From contig OY762069.1 of the NCBI GenBank assembly GCA_963665095.1, positions 5,152,001-5,216,000 of the forward strand: DNA of 64,000 nt, in the 5' to 3' direction. The position numbers and the translations under genes are program-made. The DNA is from an uncultured Desulfobacter sp. GTDB lineage: Bacteria > Desulfobacterota > Desulfobacteria > Desulfobacterales > Desulfobacteraceae. Within the stretch, counting starts at the first letter, position 1. Each line of letters begins with the position of its first letter. Shown here piece by piece: positions 59,109 to 64,000 of this stretch. The notes beneath the pieces are model-generated. The model worked only from the letters and a program-made list of their open reading frames with translations. It did not search any database and was not told the origin of the DNA.

Positions 59109-59588
59109 ATGAAACACGGATCCGTTTTTTTTAATGCGGTTGCATTGATATTAGTGGCGGCACTGACCCTTGGTTCCGGATTGATTCTTCCGGGGTCGGC
59201 CATGGCCGGTCCTCTTGTTCGCAGTCAGGCCAATATGTCCATCCACGGTCACGGTGGTGGCGGGCATGGCGGAGGCCATGGCCATGGCGGCGGGCATAAC
59301 ACCAATGTGAATGTGAACATAAATAACAATGTGCATATCAATGACCATCACGACAATCATTACCATGAGGGCCATTACCACCACGATTCAGTGGGGGATG
59401 TTGTGGCAGGTGTTGTAACGGGTCTTGCCATTGGCGCCATTGTAACGGCTGCATCCATGCCGCCGGCCAACACCTGTTCGGATGTGGTTGTGAACGGGAT
59501 TGCCTATCGCCAGTGCGGCAGCACTTGGTATCAGCCCTGTTATCAGGGGACTGTGGTGCAATATGTCGTGGTGAATCCTCCCAGATAG
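59109..59588 (+). CDS. Exported His/Gly/Asn-rich protein with a DUF6515-like C-terminus
   Basis: Signal peptide ending AMA, a His-rich tract, and VVVNGIAYRQCGSTWY to YVVVNPP. Confidence 0.7.
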   Translation: MKHGSVFFNAVALILVAALTLGSGLILPGSAMAGPLVRSQANMSIHGHGGGGHGGGHGHGGGHNTNVNVNINNNVHINDHHDNHYHEGHYHHDSVGDVVAGVVTGLAIGAIVTAASMPPANTCSDVVVNGIAYRQCGSTWYQPCYQGTVVQYVVVNPPR

Positions 59589-59621
59589 AATGGTTTCCCG
59601 ACGCTGGGAAAGGAAAACGAC

Positions 59622-59666
59622 AAAGCGGGGAAAATGTCGGGCTTAAGGCATTTTCCCCGCTTTTTT
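59622..59666. terminator. Bidirectional intrinsic terminator
   Basis: AAAGCGGGGAAAATG / CATTTTCCCCGCTTT stem between convergent genes. Confidence 0.8.
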
Positions 59667-59701
59667 ATGTTCAACGCCAAATCTTCCGGGTTCGGGCCGA
59701 T

Positions 59702-60190
59702 TTACAAACGGATGATTTCCGGCGTCTGGCCCACATGCTCCAGAAATTTGATCAGGTCCTTTGACGCAATGGTGGTGGTGGCGGTATTGGTCAGGGGATG
59801 AAAATTGAGCAGATCGTTTTTCATGAGCTCTTCGTCCAGCACAATTTTAACCTCTCTGTCCCCGATGTTGACCGCTGCAAAGGGTGTGACCGATCCCGGT
59901 ATCATGCCAAGCACCTCCATGAGCAGGTCTGGTTTGGCAAAGGACATGTTGTTGCCGCCGATCAGTTTACCAACGTCTTTTATTTTAATGGGCTTGTCCG
60001 CAAGCGTCACCACAAGAAACATCTTCTTTTTTTTATCCTTGAAAAACAGATTTTTGGAGTGGGCACCCTCAATGCCTTCGGAGTGCAGGGCCGCCTCTTC
60101 CACCGTGAATACAGCCGGGTGTTCGTGGTTGGTGTAAGTGATGTCAATTTCGTCCAGAATGTTGAGCAGTTCTTCCTGGGTTTGCAGCAT
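59702..60190 (-). CDS. YbaK/ProX-family aminoacyl-tRNA editing protein
   Basis: HPAVFTVEE, KNLFFKDKK, PGSVTPF and NFHPLTN. Confidence 0.9.
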   Translation of the reverse strand: MLQTQEELLNILDEIDITYTNHEHPAVFTVEEAALHSEGIEGAHSKNLFFKDKKKKMFLVVTLADKPIKIKDVGKLIGGNNMSFAKPDLLMEVLGMIPGSVTPFAAVNIGDREVKIVLDEELMKNDLLNFHPLTNTATTTIASKDLIKFLEHVGQTPEIIRL

Positions 60191-60215
60191 GGGTCTTCCT
60201 TTCCCCAGACAATTG

Positions 60216-60980
60216 TTATGTCTGGATGTAGTTTACAAATATCAGTCTGACAATGGTTAAAAACACCATGGTCAGAAAAATGGGTCTAATAAATGGGGTG
60301 CCGCGCTTTATCGCCATGCCGGAGCCGATATTGGCCCCGATGATCTGGCCTGCGGCCATGATCAGGCCTGCCGAATACAGCACATTGCCGCCTATGATAA
60401 ACAGGGACAGCGCTGTAATGTTGGAAACAAAATTCATGATCCGGGTGGTGCCGGTGGCTTTTGTCATGTCCATGCCCATGAAAATGAGCAGAGCCCCTGT
60501 CCAGAAGGCGCCGGTGCCGGGTCCGAAAAATCCGTCATAAAATCCCAGTCCAAATCCGAAAATCAGGAAAAAAAGATGCTTTTTCATCCTGGCCTTTGCC
60601 TGGACCGTGCCCAGATCTTTTGCCAGCAGGGTGTAAACAAAGACAAACAGCAGCATAAAGGGCACCAGGTGTTTGATAAAGTCTGCATGGATCTGCTGAA
60701 TGGTCCAGGCGCCTGTTATGGCTCCGATAAGAGTGAAAGCCATGCCGGCCATGTTCTCAGACAGGGTGACCTTGCCCTTGCGGATAAAATTGACCGTGGC
60801 TGAAAGCGTGCCGAAACTGCCCTGGAATTTATTGGTTCCCAGGGCCAGTTGGGGCGGCAGGCCCACAGATAACAGGGCTGGCAGGGCAATCAGCCCGCCG
60901 CCGCCGGCAATGGAGTCCACAAAACCGGCTAAAAGTCCTGAAAAAAACAGGATCAGATAAGATATGAAAGACAGTTCCAC
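60216..60980 (-). CDS. TSUP (TauE/SafE) family transporter
   Basis: DSIAGGGGLI, ALGTNK and GFYDGFFGPGTG. Confidence 0.9.
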   Translation of the reverse strand: MELSFISYLILFFSGLLAGFVDSIAGGGGLIALPALLSVGLPPQLALGTNKFQGSFGTLSATVNFIRKGKVTLSENMAGMAFTLIGAITGAWTIQQIHADFIKHLVPFMLLFVFVYTLLAKDLGTVQAKARMKKHLFFLIFGFGLGFYDGFFGPGTGAFWTGALLIFMGMDMTKATGTTRIMNFVSNITALSLFIIGGNVLYSAGLIMAAGQIIGANIGSGMAIKRGTPFIRPIFLTMVFLTIVRLIFVNYIQT

Positions 60981-61269
60981 GACACTATAGCCCCTTTATA
61001 GTTCATATTTGCCCCTGGCAGTGTTTTTGGTTGCCATGCCTTATCATGCATCCTTTTCCATGGCCACTGTTTTGTTTGTGCCTGTAACCCATTTTACCCC
61101 GCCTGTTTCCAAGCCGGGTAAAAAAGGATAAAATCCCTGTACTGAATTAATGCCTGAACGAAAAAATGCCTGAACAAAAAAATGTTTGAACGCCGGGTCT
61201 GCCATGGGCAAATTCCCCTGCAGCGCAGCAGGTGGTGACGTTGCATTCAAACACGAATTGGGACATGTT

Positions 61270-62187
61270 ATGGAAATTATCTCAACTATCATACCTATCT
61301 TTATTATTATCTTTCTGGGCATTTTTGCCCGGCACAAGGGATTTATATCTGAAAGCTTTGTGCATCAGGCCAATCGCCTGGTCTATCACATTGCAATCCC
61401 GGCCATGATTTTCAGTGCCATTGCCAAGGCGTCCTTGAGAACCGAAATCCATCCGGGGGTCATTTTAATCACCCTTGCATCGGTATGCCTCATTGTGCTT
61501 GGTGCATGGCTGACCGCCAATGTACTGCGGATTCCCCACGCGTCCAGGGGGTCATTTATCCACTGCTCCTTTCACGGGAACCTGGGGTATATCGGCCTTG
61601 CCGTGGCCTATTATTATCTGGGGCACTCCGGATTTGTCCGGGCCGCCATTCTTGCCGGCTTTGTCATGATCCTGCAAAACGTCCTGGCGGTGACAGTGCT
61701 TCAGTTTTACAGCATACATTCCCAGGGACGGCTGAACCTGACTGCCACCCTGGCAGCCAGCATGACCAATCCGGTTATCCTGTCAGCCCTGGCCGGCATT
61801 ATTTTTTCTCTTTCCGGGCTCACCCTGCCGCTTATTCTGGATCGCTCTTTAACCATTCTCAAGGGCATGGCACTTCCCATGGCCCTGCTGGTTATCGGTG
61901 CCACACTCTCCTTTGAAAAAATCAGGCACGCCTTTTCCATGGTCTTTATGACCTCTATGCTGAAGCTTGTGGCCATGCCGGCTGTGGGATTTTTACTGTT
62001 CAAAATATTCGGTGTCTCTTCCTCCGACTTTATTCCCGGCCTGATTATCCTGGCCTCTCCCACGGCTACCCTGGTTTATATCATGGCTGAGCAGATCGGC
62101 GGTGACCCGGATCTTGCCGTGACCGCCATTTCTCTTTCCACCCTGATCTCCGGTGTGACCTATGGCCTGTGGTTAACCCTTGGATAG
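61270..62187 (+). CDS. AEC family transporter
   Basis: IIPIF, GNLGYIGLA, NPVI and PTAT; ATG at 61270. Confidence 0.85.
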   Translation: MEIISTIIPIFIIIFLGIFARHKGFISESFVHQANRLVYHIAIPAMIFSAIAKASLRTEIHPGVILITLASVCLIVLGAWLTANVLRIPHASRGSFIHCSFHGNLGYIGLAVAYYYLGHSGFVRAAILAGFVMILQNVLAVTVLQFYSIHSQGRLNLTATLAASMTNPVILSALAGIIFSLSGLTLPLILDRSLTILKGMALPMALLVIGATLSFEKIRHAFSMVFMTSMLKLVAMPAVGFLLFKIFGVSSSDFIPGLIILASPTATLVYIMAEQIGGDPDLAVTAISLSTLISGVTYGLWLTLG

Positions 62188-63051
62188 AGGGTTAAAGAGA
62201 ATATCATTCTCCAGATACACCTGTTCCAGCAACTGCTGGTAGTTCCTGGTCTGTTTGCCCTGCCGGGCAGCCAGTTCCTGAATCATGAACTGTATTACGG
62301 TGAGCATGCCCGAGATATTGCCGATAAACGGGATGGACTCGGACGGGACCACAAGGCCCAGGTCTGCAAAGGGGATGACGGGGCTGATGTCTGAATCGGT
62401 CAGCACTAAAAGGGTGTGGCCGGCTCTTCGTACCATTTTGGCAAGTTTGATCAGTTCATTGGGATAGCGGGTGGTGGCACACAGCACCACGGTGCTTTTT
62501 TCCGGTGCATTGGCAATGCGGTCGATGGAGGTGGAGTCGCTGCCTTTCAGGATATGGACGCCGGGTCTGACCTTGGTCATGGACCAGCCAAAATAGTAGG
62601 CAAAGGTATATGAAAGCCGTGAGCCTGTGAAGTAAACATCACAGCTTTGCTCCAGATAATCCACGAACTGGTTTGTAGTCGTAAGGTCAATGTTTTCGTA
62701 CAGATACTTCAGATTGTTCAGCTCTTCTAAAATTCCTCTGTGAAGACGGCTTAAACCCGGCGCTTCCAGGTCCTTGATATCCAGACGGTCAGACAGGGAA
62801 AGACCTGTGTTCAGGTAATCCTTAAGGGCCTGCTGGAACCCGGCGTATCCGTTAAACCCTATGGCGGCAACGAACCGGACTACAGTGGCCTCGCTGGTAC
62901 CGCAGGCTTCGGCTAATTCCCTGGTGGTCATAAAAACTGCTCTGGTGGGGTTGTTGATAATATAAATGCCAAGGGTTCTGGCCTTAGGTGTCAGCGTTCC
63001 AAGAAGGGCGGATATCCTGGAAATGATATCATGTGATGGGTTGTCGTTCAT
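62173..63051 (-). CDS. MurR/RpiR family regulator (HTH plus SIS)
   Basis: TRELAEACGTSEATVVRF and GYAGFQ; SIS domain with LTDS and SP. Confidence 0.92.
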   Translation of the reverse strand: MNDNPSHDIISRISALLGTLTPKARTLGIYIINNPTRAVFMTTRELAEACGTSEATVVRFVAAIGFNGYAGFQQALKDYLNTGLSLSDRLDIKDLEAPGLSRLHRGILEELNNLKYLYENIDLTTTNQFVDYLEQSCDVYFTGSRLSYTFAYYFGWSMTKVRPGVHILKGSDSTSIDRIANAPEKSTVVLCATTRYPNELIKLAKMVRRAGHTLLVLTDSDISPVIPFADLGLVVPSESIPFIGNISGMLTVIQFMIQELAARQGKQTRNYQQLLEQVYLENDILFNPLSKG

Positions 63052-63074
63052 AAAATTGCCTGTTATTCGAAAAA

Positions 63075-63090
63075 TGAAAGAGATCTTTCA
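63075..63090. promoter_or_regulatory. Palindromic putative RpiR operator
   Basis: TGAAAG-AGAT-CTTTCA in the divergent rpiR/soxB intergenic region; a TTGACA-17nt-TATTCA promoter lies at 63197-63225. Confidence 0.55.
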
Positions 63091-63273
63091 AGCTCTTTAT
63101 GTTTAATTTAACTATTTAATTTCAGGTTAATTTATTCAATTATGTATTTTCTGTCAAGGCGACTATGAAAGAAAAACAATCATATTAAAAAACATCTTGA
63201 CAGGATTTCTTTCAAATCGTATTCACAAAATCATGAGGGCATAACCACGAACTAATTAATGAGATAATCGCTG

Positions 63274-64000
63274 ATGCTTTTAAAAACAAAAAAGCCCATG
63301 TGGGGCGAAAAAAAGAAGCTGAAGTCCAGCTACGATGTGGTGATCATCGGCGGCGGGCTTCACAGTCTGGCCACGGCATATTTTCTTGCCAGCAGGCATG
63401 GAATCACGGATGTGGCCATTATTGAAAAGAACTATATCGGGTATGGCGGGGCCGGCAGAAACACGGCCATTGTCCGTGCCAACCAGCGGACCCAGTACAA
63501 TGTTCCGCTGTACAAGGAGGCGCTTGATCTGTGGCCGGTCCTGACAAAGGAGCTGGACTACAACCTGATGTTCAATAACTGCGGCAATCTCAATCTCATG
63601 CATTCGGAAGCGGCCATGAAAGCGGCCCGGATGACCATTGCCACGGCCCAGTTTCATGGTGTGGAGTCCCATCTCATCGATGCCAAGGAGGCCAAGGAAC
63701 TGATACCGGCCCTGAACATCAGCGAGGACATCACCTTTCCCATTCACGGGGCCATGTTTCATCCGCCGGGCGGTGTTGTCCGCCACGACGCTGTGGTGTG
63801 GGGGCTTGCCAAGGGCGCTGCCAAACACGGGGTGGAGATTCACCAGCAGACTGAAGCCACAGGCATCAATACCTACCAGGGCAAGGTCGCATCTGTGGTT
63901 ACGAACCGGGGTACCATCAACTGCAAACAGGTGCTCATTTCCGCCGGCGGCTACTCCGCTTCCCTGATCCACGGATTTTTAGGCATCAAACTGCCCATCT
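63274..64000 (+). CDS. soxB: Sarcosine oxidase beta-subunit-like FAD oxidoreductase, truncated by the window end
   Basis: Not in the ORF track. Manual translation gives MLLKTKKPMW, YDVVIIGGGLHSLATAYFLASRHGITDVAIIEK and GRNTAIVRAN. Confidence 0.85.
   Translation, partial: MLLKTKKPMWGEKKKLKSSYDVVIIGGGLHSLATAYFLASRHGITDVAIIEKNYIGYGGAGRNTAIVRANQRTQYNVPLYKEALDLWPVLTKELDYNLMFNNCGNLNLMHSEAAMKAARMTIATAQFHGVESHLIDAKEAKELIPALNISEDITFPIHGAMFHPPGGVVRHDAVVWGLAKGAAKHGVEIHQQTEATGINTYQGKVASVVTNRGTINCKQVLISAGGYSASLIHGFLGIKLPI

Noticed and set aside
63280..63972. 230-aa minus-strand ORF
   Set aside because: It is a shadow of the plus-strand soxB, which the track missed because it runs off the window.
1..64000. 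CRISPR arrays, tRNA or rRNA genes, intact transposases or integrases
   Set aside because: None were recognised by eye. Periodicity at 13553-13747 and 59245-59300 is coding repeat.

Overview
This is a gene-dense bacterial chromosome window. Gene content suggests a Desulfobacteraceae-like deltaproteobacterium (inference). Left to right it holds: (1) a truncated Lrp/AsnC regulator, then a c-di-GMP/chemotaxis/sigma54 front end (REC-GAF-HD-GYP, PilZ, CheX, CheY, two enhancer-binding proteins, a large TPR protein) and flgBC-fliEFGHIJ-motE-like genes with two clear sigma54 promoters; (2) a SNF2 helicase and an AT-rich accessory patch (about 19.7-24.5 kb) with lipoproteins, a Pol-beta-type nucleotidyltransferase, a group II intron 5' relic in an attC-like site and an SMI1/KNR4 relic; (3) thiBPQ, an acyl-CoA ligase with an XRE-cupin regulator, a MITE-like repeat and mop; (4) an uncharacterised four-gene module (divergent TtcA-like PP-loop ATPase, SAM methyltransferase, orphan possibly GNAT-like protein, hybrid kinase with a V4R-like Cys sensor) beside EamA and RND exporters; (5) a Pif1-HRDC helicase, D-aminoacylase, DUF169 relic and glcD/glcF-like oxidase; (6) a second AT-rich island (about 52.2-56.2 kb) with a coupled TIGR04255-like / small protein / MazF-like triplet, a group II intron 3' relic and a Phd-RelE toxin-antitoxin pair ending in an attC-like hairpin; (7) metabolic and transport genes ending in RpiR and a truncated soxB. 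The best candidates for undescribed systems are the 31.4-37.2 kb synthesis-and-sensing module and the 52.3-54.0 kb triplet. All family calls come from motif recognition by eye; no searches were run. No rRNA, tRNA or CRISPR array was seen.
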